The position numbers were made by a program, and so were the translations under genes. Under the pieces are notes generated by a model, which was not told where the DNA came from, did not search any database, and worked only from the letters and a program-made list of their open reading frames with translations. DNA of 62,969 nucleotides, the filler included, from Octopus bimaculoides (Eukaryota): the NCBI RefSeq assembly GCF_001194135.2. It is 5 parts of 4 records of this genome, joined end to end, with 100 filler letters (N's around TTAATTAATTAA, not from the genome) between each part and the next. Parts side by side here need not be neighbours in the genome. Positions count along the whole stretch, not along the records: positions 1 to 27,034 come from NC_069008.1; positions 27,135 to 36,218 come from NC_068985.1; positions 36,319 to 52,534 come from NC_068985.1; 2 more parts are not named here. One strand, written 5' to 3'. Positions 23,640-36,479 of this stretch are shown here, piece after piece. Every line of letters starts with the position of its first letter. Within the stretch, counting starts at the first letter, position 1.

Positions 23640-25390
23640 ATTAAAATATGAAATAGAAGCAGTGGTAGTTTAATAAAAATTATCAACCACATATACTTAT
23701 TATGTAAGTTTTGTGTATTTGTTAGTAGGCTGCGATTTGACACCATGGAGAATATTCTCTCAAAGCACCAGGTGTTAAAACACCTGAAAGTCATGGATAT
23801 CAATATGCCATTTGATGTGTTGATATGCCATTTTTGTGGCATATCACATCACATGCCCAAACAGAATTGGAGATATATCCTATTGCCAGTTGATGACTTA
23901 TATACATATAGTGAGAAAAACTATGTGACAATATGCCCAGACAATGCATACATAGGAATGATTTCAAATATGAAATAGAAGTAGCACTAGCATAAGAAAC
24001 ATTATCAACCAAATATATGCTGTTTTATTTGCTGGCAAGCTGTGGTTTGGAGCCATGGAGAATACTCTCTCAAAGTGGCCAATGTTAAAACACTTAAAAG
24101 TCATGGACAGGTGAGATAACTCACCTCTAATCCCATCTAGGAGTGATGGACATCAATGATTTGCAATTTTCTTGGGGCTGTATGCATATAAGTCATGACC
24201 TGGTGATATGATTTATCTTCAATCTTGTTTGGGTGCAGGATGTTGATAAACCACAAAAATGGTGAAACATCAATGTCCACCACTCCTAGATGAGACTAGA
24301 GGTGAGTTATCTAGCCTTTCCATGACTCTTAGGAATTTTAATACATGGCACTTTGAGAGAGTATTTTCCATGGTGCCAAATTGCAGTCTACATATAATGA
24401 CATGCAGTATATACATTAAGTATATTTGGTACTAATGTTTATTACATTAGCATTGCTTCCATTTCATATTTCAATTTATTCTTATGTATGCATAGCCTTG
24501 GCACACTTGCACAGAGTTTGCACACTATGTGCATGTAAGTCATTGACTGGCAATACGATTTATCTCCAATACGGTGCAGGTACATTATGTCAATAACCCA
24601 CAAAAATGGCAAAACATTCCTAGATGGGTTAAGAGATGAATTATCTCATGAGTCCATGACTTTCAGGTATTTTAACACCCAACACTTTGAGTGAATATTC
24701 ATCACCACACCAAGTACACGTTGAGTGTACATTAAGTAAATGTGACTGATAATGTTTATTGCACTAATGCTTCTTCCATTTCATATTTGAAATGAAGAAT
24801 TGCACTTCTATCTGGTCAATATTCATTATGAATGACCTTCAATTTTTCTTACCTTTCACACTTGTCAGATTTAGAAGTAATAGATCAATATATATTTACT
24901 AATACCTATGAAGATTATATTTACCAAACATTTCACTGAAGTCTAAACATTTCTCAGAAAACATGAAAACTGAAAATGTTGAAAAATCATCATGAAATCT
25001 CTCAAAAAGTTTTGAATGAAAAGTTGAACTTTTCTCAATTTTTCTGACTCACACCTATCACACTCAGAAGGAATGACGTGATGATTATATTTACCAAATA
25101 TTTCACTGAAGTCTAAACATTTCTCAGAAAACATGGGGACCACAAAAGTTGAAAATCTTCACCAAATCATTTGAAAATTTTGAAATGAAAATTTATCTCT
25201 GCTCCTGTTTGGATATGTGATGTTGATAATTTACAAAAATGGAGAGACATCTATGTCCATCACTCCTGAATGAGTTTAGAAGTGAGTTTTCTCACCTGTC
25301 CATGACTTTCACATGTGTTTATACCCAGTGGTTTGAATGAATATTCTCCATTGTGTCAAGTCACAGCCTACCAGTAAATACACAAGGTGT
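23640..25390. repeat. Modular foldback array of ~300-bp units (2 forward, 3 inverted)
   Basis: The recurrent atatgaaatagaag...ccatggagaata.tctctcaaag...aaagtcatgga block is forward at 23646 and 23968 and inverted at ~24260, ~24620 and ~25255. Confidence 0.8.
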
Positions 25391-25423
25391 ATTCATTTAG
25401 TATATGAGTGATATGTGTGTGTG

Positions 25424-25471
<48 letters not shown>

Positions 25472-25544
25472 NNNNNNNNNNNNNNNNNNNNNNNNNNNNN
25501 NNNNNNNNNNNNNNNNNNNNNNNNNNNNNNNNNNNNNNATATAT

Positions 25545-26470
25545 ATATCTTACATATTAAAACTGAAAATGTCTCTGTGTGTGTATCGGTATGTCCTCAT
25601 TTTGTGCCAAAAAGGCTTGACTGACTTTTCTTAAACTTCACACACACATTGCTTATGTGTCTGGGGAAGTTTTAAGAATAAATTGATTTTGAAAAAATGT
25701 TCAGGTAAATGTCAGGAGGAATAACATTTGGGTGCGGTTGAACGGCGGGCGTAATTATTTTTAAGCTTCCAAGGGAAGTAACCCATTCCCTCCTTTGTAA
25801 ATTATTTTTAAGCTTCCAAGGGAAATAACCCATGCCCTCCTTCATAAATTATTTGGTAAAAATGATATTGAGTATACTCATTTCTTAGTATTTGAACTAT
25901 TTTAGTTATTTTCTCAATTTATCCAGTACAAGGATTAAACAAGTTAATAGTATTCCCCTAAACAATAGATCACTTATTTTGGTTAGTGACTTATTAACGA
26001 ATATATCAACACAAGCGCTGCTGAGGGTAATATTCTCTGGGAACGCACAAAAGCTTTTTTCACAGTTAATTACTTTGAATTGTTATTATCTCCTATCTGA
26101 TCAGCCTATTATTACATAACATGTGTCACGATTTTAGTATACATACGTTATTAGTATTTCCTCCTAAATTCTATATACTCTGGGAACATATGAAAGCCCT
26201 TTTCAGGGCTACTTTATCTGAATTCTTACTATAGGGTAATTAATTTTATGTTATTACGTAACTGACTTCACAATTTAGGTATTCATAACTTATTGGAAAT
26301 TTCTAAAAACAAGATCCTTTGTAAGACAGTTTGGTATTCTCAATAAATACACAAAAACTGTTTTAAGGGCTACATACTTTGTATTGTAATTACTGGATTA
26401 GTGAAACAATTATGAGAATGGAACCAAAGGATAAGCCCGCTTTCCCGGGAATTACCAGGCATGTCACCTG
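25545..26470 (+). mobile_element. Possible non-autonomous Helitron-like element
   Basis: The 5' end atcttacatattaaaactgaaaatgtctctgtgtgtg resembles common Helitron-derived ends. A GC-rich hairpin-like segment lies near 26435-26465, but no clear CTAG terminus. Confidence 0.3.
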
Positions 26471-26479
26471 ATATATATA

Positions 26480-26770
26480 TATCGTCATCATTTAACATCC
26501 GCTTTCCATGCTAGCATGGGTTGGACGATTTGACTGAGGACTGGTGAAACCAGACGGCTACACCAGGCTCCAATCTAATTTGGCAGAGTTTCTACAGCTG
26601 GATGCCCTTCCTAACGCCAACCACTCCGAGAGTGTAGTGGGTGCTTTTACGTGCCACCGGCACGAGGGCCAGTCAGGCGGTACTGGCAACGGCCACGCTC
26701 GAAATGGTGTATTTTCCGTGCCACCTGCACAAGAGCCAGTTCGGCGGCACTGGTAACGACCTTGCTCGAA
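26480..26770 (-). mobile_element. SINE family C (young, CpG retained)
   Basis: tttaacatccgctttccatgctagcatgggttggacg... Confidence 0.85.
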
Positions 26771-27034
26771 TATGTATGTATATGTGTGTGTGCGTGTCTA
26801 TAGATACATGCATATTCATTTTACACGAGCGTGCTTGTGTGTGTGTGTGTGTGTGGTATGAACATGTCTCTACATGTATATGTCTCTACATGTATATGTC
26901 TCTACATGTACATGTCTCCTTCAACACACACACACACACAAGAGAGAGAACTTGCACAGATGTAGGAGGCAAAGGGTTGTGGTGGGAGTAGGGATAGCTT
27001 CCTCGAATTCCGTTGTTTTTTTCCTTTTTTTTTC

Positions 27035-27134
27035 NNNNNNNNNNNNNNNNNNNNNNNNNNNNNNNNNNNNNNNNNNNNTTAATTAATTAANNNNNNNNNN
27101 NNNNNNNNNNNNNNNNNNNNNNNNNNNNNNNNNN
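27035..27134. other. Artificial scaffold-join spacer (44N-TTAATTAATTAA-44N); also at 36219-36318, 52535-52634 and 60566-60665
   Basis: The same 12-mer (stop codons in all six frames) is flanked by exactly 44 N at four sites. Confidence 0.95.
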
Positions 27135-27707
27135 TATATATATATATATATATATATATGTATCTGTGTGTGAGAGCTCCTTAATATAGACAGATATTTA
27201 TACATATATACATACATATGTACATATATAAATATATACACAAATGCGTGTGCATGTGTGCATATACATATATAATTCATATCAACATAGGCGCTTAAAT
27301 GCATGCAACCCCTGCAAGCCTACCAACGCTGGTGGATAATACTGCAATATATCTTATTTATGTATGATCTTGTCAAGATACTCAGTGTACTAATGTAATA
27401 ACAGCTGGTTATTCGCTCTACGCAACAGAATGCATAATGGTATTTATCTATGCACTTAACGATGGTGTACATTGAGAAGGTGAAAGAGAACACGAACGAA
27501 AAAACGGAAGAACGATATCAACATTCGTGCGTACATACATAGATACACAAGTACATACATACATACATACATACGTACATGCATACATACATACGTGTGT
27601 TTATGCATGTGGGTGTGTATATGTATGCATGTGGGTGTGTATATGCATGTATGTATGTATGTATCTGTCTATCTATCTATCTCTTTCTCTGTCTTGATAT
27701 ATCTATG

Positions 27708-27738
<31 letters not shown>

Positions 27739-27865
27739 TTGCTTGTGTATGTATACATACATATATATATATATACATATANNNNNNNNNNNNNNNNNNN
27801 NNNNNNNNNNNNNNNNNNNNNNNNNNNNNNNNNNNNNNNNNNNNNNNNNNNNNNNNNNNNNNNNN

Positions 27866-27877
27866 GATTGATAGATT

Positions 27878-27916
<39 letters not shown>

Positions 27917-27945
27917 TGATAGATAGATAGATAGATAGATAGATC

Positions 27946-27998
<53 letters not shown>
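27866..27998. repeat. (GATA)n microsatellite
   Basis: Direct observation. Confidence 0.95.
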
Positions 27999-28369
27999 CC
28001 AGTACTTATCTAACAGTCAGGTGGATTATATCTAAATTTCTGGATAAATGGCAGAACCGTTGATTTAACGAAGACCTGCACAACAACAAAAGCAACAACA
28101 GCATCACCAGCAGCAGCAGCAGCAGCAGCAGTAGTAGCGTCGTTCTGTACTTATTAACTAGTCTTCAGACTTCATTTGCACCTTGAAAATCTGAAATATA
28201 AACATCGTCATGGTTATACTGTCAGAAATTTCTCTAGTGCATAACATGCCTATTTACCTGAGTTTCTGCATACGTACGTATTTATACATGTATTTTTTAT
28301 GTATGTATATATGTATGTATGTATGTATGTATATGTTCTCTTCTATCTTTAATTACTCGAAGACTTCCA

Positions 28370-28925
28370 GTAAGAAAGTAGCTGGTTTCTAACCAAGGTA
28401 CAAAGCTTCAACCTTTGAATGTAGATAACAAAAATAATGTTACATTTCGAACTTGAGAAATTTCTTGCATATCTCTACAATTCTGCTTACAGATTGCATT
28501 CGTAAGGGACATGCTAGCTGCTTGATGCTTGTTCTGAAAACCCTTGCTTCTTCCAATTGGCACTTAAGCATTTATTCACAAAATCAAGTACATTAATTAT
28601 TACTGTTATGTAAGTATGTCTCTTCTGTATTTAAATTCTTCCTCTGAAGAAAGAGCAGGTTTCGAACAAAGATGCAAAACTCCATCTTTGCAACGTAGAT
28701 GACGAAAATAATGTCACATTTTAAATTTGAGAAAAGTCTTGCATAGTTTTACCGTTCCGCTTACAGACTGTATTTGCAATGTGCGAATCAATATGATTTC
28801 TTTTTCTGAAAATCAAAGCTTATCCAAATTGACAGCTGGGCATTAACTTATAAAACCAAGTGCTCCAATTATTATTGGCATAAATGTAAATTTGTAACCC
28901 GGATATAGAAGCTGGAGGTTTCGAA
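28370..28925 (+). repeat. Two diverged tandem units of ~270 bp
   Basis: ggtttc(t/g)aac...aaaataatgt.acattt..a.ttgagaaa...cttgcata recurs at ~28385 and ~28659, and a third start is at ~28917. Confidence 0.7.
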
Positions 28926-29915
28926 GTAGTTGTCCATAATTATCTTCTTTGTCTTTGATTTTCAACGAGATATTTACACCAGCAGGACAGCTGACCTTTA
29001 TGTCGGTACATACATTTTCTTGTGTATCCCAAATAACAATATCCGGCGTGTTACGTTTACACTTGAAAGATGCTTTGATGGTAATGTTCCATCAGTATTC
29101 CTTGTGCTGATATTTGCGTACGTATTCAATAACAGGGGTATTCTCTGCATTTATTCCATGGCAGTCTTTTTTCCGAATGGCATTGTATATTGTTTTTGCA
29201 ACAACATCAGGTCACATACAGCGATAATACCTTGATGATATTTTTGGTCAGCTATTAATCACCTGTGTGATGTCTTCCACAGAAATATGACATAATCTAC
29301 ATTTACAGATGCATCTTGGAATTCCAAGGGCTTTATTGTCTCTTTTGTTGATTAGGTATTCAAGAGCAACCTTCTGTTCTTGAATTGCAAATGCATAGCC
29401 GTCGAAGTGCGATGTAGTGGTCACGAGTCCAAGACAGGCTTCGCTTCATGTCAATGTTACTATCTTCAAGTCTACAAGAAACATACTCATTCATGGTTTA
29501 TTTTTCTTTTGGTATAGTGAGCGTTTCACCTCTAGGCCTTTTTTTGAGGTATGCTAGTCCAGCTGATTTGGGGTTGTATGGGAGTTCATCAGGAACAAAT
29601 TGCTACAGATAGTTACATATCTAGACATGCTTATATATATTTAAATGATAAACTTCTGGAAAGTTTTACAAATTTTTACAGTCCCAGTGATTGATTGGAT
29701 CTGTAGTCTTCGAATTAGCTTTCTCCTTTCTGGTTTTGAGAAGCCTAATTTCTCAAGATTATTATTTAGCCAGTGTGTTACATATCCCAGGGCCCCAATA
29801 ATTACAGGTATAAACCTAAACTTGTAATCTGGATAGAGTAACTGTAGATTTCTCAATAGTTCAATGTAGGTTTCCCTTTTTCACTGATCTTCAGCTTTAT
29901 GCTAACATCTGCTGG
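28915..29915 (-). mobile_element. Two R4/Dong-like (CCHC + RLE) LINE 3' fragments
   Basis: CRLCH...YWWNITI...TPDIVIWDTQE...VSCPAGVNISLKIKDKEDNYG (28915-29500) and RNLQLLYPDYKFRFIPVIIGALG...KTFQKFII* with 3' UTR (29500-29915). Confidence 0.85.
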
Positions 29916-30609
29916 GAAGTATGTATGTATGTATGCTTGTTTGTATGTATGCATTTATGAATGTACCTCTACAGGTATGTGCGATTGTATGTAATTATGT
30001 ATGTCCTGCCTAAATAATACCTTCAACGTATGAAACTATTAGTAGCTCAGAGCTATATACTGTGTAAATTAAACAATATACATATATATATATGTACGTA
30101 CTTATGTAAGTATATATGCATGTGTGTGTATGAATATATACACATATACACATACATAAATACATACATCTATGTGAATATAGTATGTGTGTGTGTAATT
30201 TTGACAAAGGGTACTTACACCTTGTCGCTATACAAAATGCACTCGACTGACATCATAGATGATACGAAAGAGTTGTCTCTTCTAGTAGAACATTGAAACG
30301 ACAATAACCAATTTGTTTTCAATTGTTAGTGTCCATCACTTTTAGCTGCCATCCATTTGACAGTGTAACAAAAAAGGAACGTACCTGAAGTTATGTATAC
30401 AGGTCAGTCGGTATAAGCAGCAATCACTTAGTTCAGCTTCATAGACCGTTATATGAATCTTATTTAGATAAGATGGTTTCAAACAATCTTAAGTATATGT
30501 TACTTGTAACATGTTATGAATGATGTGTAGATATGGTTACATGTGCCAAAGTATGTAGCACACGCGTACACACAAACATATATATATATATATATATAAC
30601 GTGAAGTAT

Positions 30610-30806
30610 ATTTGCCACTTAAATGTGGCTAACCACTAATGGTGAATGCTACTGTAACTTGTAGCCCCAGGAGAACACCTCCAGCTGGCTATTGGTACAC
30701 AAGGCACAGAAAGTGTTCCAATAGCCCACTGGAGAAGGTGTTCTCCTGGGGCTACAAGCTACAGTAGCATTCACCCTTAGTGGTTAGCCACATTTAAGTG
30801 GCAAAT
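30610..30806. mobile_element. Hairpin MITE (~87-bp arms)
   Basis: atttgccacttaaatgtggctaaccac...ggctattgg and its near-perfect reverse complement. Confidence 0.85.
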
Positions 30807-31139
30807 CGTTACAGCGCCGGGGAAAATGCTTAAAGGAATTTCTTCCGACTTTACGTTCTGAGTTCAAATGCCACCGGGGTCGACTTTGTTTTTTATCATT
30901 TCGGGATCGATAAAATAAGTACCAAAATTGCTGGCCATGTGCCAAAATTTGAAACCAATATTTTATAGACATTGACTTGATTCGTCGCCAACATCGATTT
31001 GTTGGCGATCTATTACAATTTACATGTCATTAATATAAAATGACTATTTGCGTTTGTGCCAACGTGGAAGTTTTTAAATGGTCTCTTGACCTGCAAGGAA
31101 TAGCACCCAAATCTCCATAAGCTCGTTCCCTATTGTCCC

Positions 31140-31905
31140 TATTGTGGAGGTTAATCGATTATATCGACTCCAGTATTTAGCTCGTACTTTATTTCATCGA
31201 CTCCGAAAGAATGAAAGACCATGTTGATCTCAGCGAGATTTGAATGTAATGAGTCGGAAGAAATGCTACAAATCTAATGATTCTTATTTCTTTATTGCCC
31301 ACAAGGGGCTAAACATAGGGAGGACAAACTAGGACAGAGAGAGGGATTAAGTCGATTACATCGACCCCTGTGCGTAACTGGTACCTAATTTATCGATCCG
31401 GACAAGGATAAAAGGCAAAGTCGACCTCAGCGGAATTTGAACTCAGAACGTAACGGCAGACGAAACACCCGTAAGCATTTCGCCAGGTGTGCTAACGATT
31501 CTGCCAGCTCACCGCCAGAATTGGTAGACTGCGATAGTCAGTATGTCCGTTAACATTCCATTTTGGTGTTGGTGGTGGTGGTGGTGATATATAGAACTAC
31601 AGTACCGAATATGTCATGTCATTTATTTTAGAATTCAGTCAGCTCCGGTTGAATGATTTTGCATGCTTTGAAGTGAAGAAACGGAAATTAAGAATTTGAT
31701 TGTGAATTTACTGCTAATATTTTAAAGTTGGTGAAGGTGACAGAATCATTAGCTCCGGGTAAAATGCTTAGCGGCATTTCGTCAGTCTTAACTGCCTGAG
31801 TCCAAATTCCTCCGGGATTGATAAAATAAGTACCAGTTGTAATAATCGACTAACACCTTCCCCAATGTTGCTGGCCTTGTGTCAAAAGTTGAAACGAATA
31901 TTTTA
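31140..31905. mobile_element. SINE family A cluster
   Basis: Minus copies at 31140-31520 and a plus copy at ~31720-31905. Confidence 0.75.
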
Positions 31906-32171
31906 AAGTAGGTGACAGTAGATATTACATAATACTAATTTGAAGTTTAAGAATCACAAAAAGAAAAAAAAAATTCAAAAGGTGGACTGACGAGATGCGA
32001 ACTACTTATCTGTCGCTTGCCGTGCGATCATATTACTGATGGCACTACAAAGCGAAGAAATGTACTGCGCACAAAATAAGAGAAACAACGTATGGAGTCA
32101 AATTTAAGAAGGTGGCTAATCATATGCTCTCAGGTGTAATCGATAACACGGTTGTCTGGTAAGTGACAAGT

Positions 32172-32628
32172 GGAGGCGCAATGGCCCAGTGATTAGGGCA
32201 GCGGACTCGCGGTCATAGGATCGCGGTCATAGGATCGCGGTTTCGATTCCCAGACCGGGCATTGCGAGTGNNNNNNNNNNCGCGGTCATAGGATCGCGGT
32301 TTCGATTCCCAGACCGGGCATTGCGAGTGTTTATTGAGCGAAAACACCTAAAGCTCCACAAGGCTCCGGCAGGGTATGGTGGCTAACCCTGTTGTACTCT
32401 TTCACCACATCTTTCTCTCACTCTTTCTTCCTGTTACTGTTGTGCCTGTAATTCAAAGGGCCAGCCTTGTCACACTCTGTGACATCCTGAATGTCTCCGA
32501 GAACTACGTTAAGGGTACACGTGTCTGTGGAGTGCTCACCCACTTGCACGTTAATTTCACGAGCAGGCTGTTCCGTAGATCGGGATCAACTGGAACCCTC
32601 GACGTCGTAAGCGACGGAGTGACAACAA
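32172..32628 (+). mobile_element. tRNA-derived SINE family D
   Basis: A-box ggcgcaatggcccagtgattagg and B-box ggtttcgattccc. The 3' end gaaccctcgacgtcgtaagcgacggagtg is also seen inverted at ~35070-35160. Confidence 0.8.
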
Positions 32629-33414
32629 GGTAAGCGACAGACATATTGGTTCGTGCCCCGCTCATTCAGTTTTGAGTTCTTCATGCTCAAGAGTTTTATT
32701 TCTACCTGACATAAAACAGATCATTTTATGAAACGTATTAAAACAAAGAAGGGACAATTATGTAGAAACTCCTTGTTGACTTACGAAAACGTGGATACAG
32801 AAACTAGTTTCGTTCTCTGACTAGTTTAAATATGAGGTTTGTATTTCTCTACTAACTCTTTGCTTCAAATAAATGTAATCACTTCAAACGGGTATTTGTA
32901 TGTGTGTGTGTGTATGTATGTGTTTGTATACGGCTGTATACGTCCGTGTGTATGTGTGCTTGTGAATGTGGTCATAATTTTCTTTTCTTTCTAACAGAAT
33001 GTACGTAAACTCTCCCGTGGTACCTTGTGTAAAAATAAATGGGCTTGGGTATTGTACTAAGGGTATAGTGTCTGTGGAATACTCAGCCGCTTACACGTTC
33101 ATTTCATGGGTCGAACAACCGAATGCTCATTGTAGAAAGTGGCGAATAATCCACTATTATATTAAAATCCTGACGAGGTCGAGGTCAGCTTTACCCTCCT
33201 CTGCGGCTGTTAAACTAAGTTCCACTCATGCTGGAGCCGAGTTAAATGACTCAACCCGCTCCCCTTGTATCTGTGGTCATGTGCATTAAGTTAGAAGTTA
33301 ATAATATTATTATAAATGCATAAAACAAAAGTGAATCTAATGGAGTATGCGAATGTGAGCCAACAACAGCGCAGTAAATTGACAGAATCGGTAGATTCTT
33401 TTCTTTTTTACTCG

Positions 33415-33810
33415 AGACCCGAAAATTTTGGGGGATGAGGCAGTCGATTAGATCGACTCCAGTACGCAACTGGTACTTAATATATCGACCCCGAAAGGAT
33501 GAAAAGCAAAGTCGACCTCGGTGGAATTTGAACTCAGAACCTAAAGACAGACGAAATACCGCTAAGCATTTCGCCCGGCGTTCTAACGTTTCTTATTTCT
33601 TTATTGCCCACAAGGGGCTAAACAAGGACAGACAGAAGGATTAAGTCGATTACATCAACCCCAGTGCGTAACTGGTACTTATTTATTCGACCCCGAAAGA
33701 ATGAAAGGCAAAGTCGACCTCGGCGGAATTTGAACACAGAACGTAGCGGCAGACGAAATACCACTAAGCATTTCGCCCGGCGTGCTAACGCTTCTGCCAG
33801 CTCACCGCCA
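33415..33810 (-). mobile_element. Head-to-tail SINE family A copies, CpG retained
   Basis: gtcgacctcggcggaatttgaac...cgaaataccactaagcatttcgcccggcgtgctaacg. Confidence 0.85.
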
Positions 33811-33989
33811 GAATCGGTAGACTGCGATAGTCAGTTATATCCGTTAACTTTCCATTTTGGTGTTGGTGGTGATATTTAGAACTACAGCACCGAATATATC
33901 CTTTTCTTATTTAAATGGTAGGGTGTGGTTTGAAGGATATATGGTTGCTATTTCTAGCAGTTCAAACGACCTCTCTTAATGCTTTATCA

Positions 33990-34800
33990 TTGAGTTGGCT
34001 AAAGTATCCATATTGCTTTTATAGATTTACTTGGTAACTTATAGAATTGCTTTGATGTAGCTGAAGTTCTTCACATTGATGTGGGATTTTAGAAGCTTGC
34101 ACAATTTGTTGTGAGGAACTGCTCTACCATCTGTTGCTTAACGTTAACTCATTTCCTTGAAATCTTAGGGTTATTGTCTTGCCTTCGTCATCGAACCTCT
34201 GCTGTCAGCAAGGACTCTTTATCATTCTCGGTTTGAGTTTCCCGAAGAAAGATTCTTGGATATCTTTTAGTGTTTTTTTTTATTTATCTTGCTTGCAGAA
34301 AGAAGCTGGATTGATGACTCAGCATAAATCAAAAATGATTTCAAAACCTGCAAGTGTCAACTTTGCTAAACCTCTTTCCAGGATTAATAAAAATCACTCA
34401 ACTCTTGGATTGATATAATCATTGATTTTGTCTTCAAAATCTTGAAGTCATGTAGCCATGTTAGAAATCAATATGGGTTTACGATGATTTAATTGGTTTA
34501 TATTCAACACAGGATCTCAGATGACATCAGAGTTTATTTTATTGAGTCACGGGAAGAAGGGTGATACTCTTGATGTCTGCAGGACCTTCCTCTCCAACAA
34601 GTGAGATCGACATGGCTTATGTTTTGCTTGAACATTTGAAAGTTTATATCTACAGAAGCAAAAAACGTTGCCGTCAGTGTATAGAGAAAATGATTAAGCA
34701 TATTTTTTTCAGTGCAGAGTTTGCGAGATGAGTCACAAGAGCATAATGAAAGAATAAGAAGCTGTATCGAGTAGGTTTTAACCGGATGTAGTATGTAACT
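33990..34800. mobile_element. Penelope-like fragments in opposite orientations
   Basis: Minus: N-terminal-like NFYKLP region. Plus: RCRQCIEK...NKKL resembling the PLE GIY-YIG C-terminus. Highly decayed. Confidence 0.45.
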
Positions 34801-35656
34801 TGATTTTTGAGAAGAGTAAAAACCTTTGTAGAGCTTATTGTTGTTATTGTTAAACTCCAGGCCAACTCTGATCAAGCAAGTGCTATGATTAATAACCTTC
34901 TGGTCATAGATCTGTTTTCCAGTATTATTTTTTTCAAAGATAGAATCGTTAGCACACTGGACAGAATACTCAGCGACATATCTTCGGAATTTACGGTTTG
35001 AGTTCAATAGTCACCGAGGTTGACTTTGCCTTTCATCTTATTGGAGTCGATACAATAAGTAGCGGTTAAAGGAGCACTCCGTCGGTTACGACGACGAGGG
35101 TCCCAGCTGGAACGATCAACGGAACAGCCTGCTCATGAAATTAACATGCAAGTGACTGAGCGGGCGTGCGTGAGTGTGTGTTTGTATGTGTTTGTCTTCT
35201 ACCACCGCTTGACAACCAATGTTGGTGTGTTTACGCCCCCATTAGCAAGCGGTTCGGCAAAGGAGATCGATAAAATAAGTACCTGGGTTGATTCATTCGG
35301 CTAAAAGGAAAGCTCACGCGTTGACTTGAGGATAGAAGAGTAGGTACTGAAGTTGAGAAAAATATGCTTCAAACTCTGTTGTATCCCAGCTTGGCCACAA
35401 CCAACGCCACTCTGTTGTTCCTGTAACCGCATTAAGAGAGTACCCCCAATAATTCATTTTCAACATTTGACAAAAATAATTAAACAAATAAAATAATAAA
35501 TAGAGCAAAAATATAATTTGGTGAAGTGGTCTGTAGGTAAGTCATTGTTGCGTGCTGGTAGGTGAACCGGATGTCTTTCTTTTTGGGTGTGGTCTATGTG
35601 GTCTAATACGATGTTTTCTCAGACGCTCATATAACAACAACAACAACAACAACAAC

Positions 35657-35697
<41 letters not shown>

Positions 35698-36134
35698 TAA
35701 TATTAACGGTGTTCACAGGTGTAGGGTGTATAGAGGTCACTAACTATGTAAGCCCAGACTTTCAAGGGATCGAGTTGATAAATTAATAGCAGAACTGTTA
35801 CATTAACTATAAGCTGCAAAGGATGAAACACAAATGATCCCGATAAACCCATTTCGTGGCCTTTGTAATCACAGTTCGCATAGTTATTTATTTTTTCTGA
35901 GATCAAATAAGCCAGGCACAATAGTACACTTCCTGGGGTGGGTGGGTAACCAAACTCAATCTTAAGCTTACATTGTTGCTAAGGTGAATCATATTTAGCT
36001 TCGATGAAACTTGTGTTTTTTTTTTACTTCTTTTTCTCTCTCTCTCCCACCCAGTCTGTCTCTATCGAACTGTTTTCCTTTCTGTATATAATCTTTTTAA
36101 TTTTAGTTGCGACAGTCAACGACTATTCCCCCGC

Positions 36135-36218
<84 letters not shown>

Positions 36219-36479
36219 NNNNNNNNNNNNNNNNNNNNNNNNNNNNNNNNNNNNNNNNNNNNTTAATTAATTAANNNNNNNNNNNNNNNNNNNNNNNNNN
36301 NNNNNNNNNNNNNNNNNNAAGGAAAGTTGGTTATACATCATTAGATGTATACCTGACTTTCCTATATAAAATTAGAAATATAACGGAACGCTGAACTCCG
36401 GACTATCAACTTAAACAACATTTATTCAGGTGGTAAATATATACATCTTTAGCTCTTGTTTGTTGTTACAGCTTCTGTG

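Noticed and set aside
30208-30460. Phase-compatible pair of minus-strand mini-exons (IHITVYEAELSDCC.../RDNSFVSSMM...)
   Set aside because: No homology recognised, a weak acceptor, and location in a separately joined piece; it could arise by chance.
32172-32330. tRNA gene, and a duplicated segment across a 10-N gap
   Set aside because: The A/B boxes continue into a SINE body, so it is not a tRNA gene. The identical sequence on both sides of the gap is an unmerged contig overlap.
32999-33289. 96-aa ORF behind a strong-looking acceptor
   Set aside because: The sequence contains decayed SINE D and SINE A segments and has no recognisable protein features.
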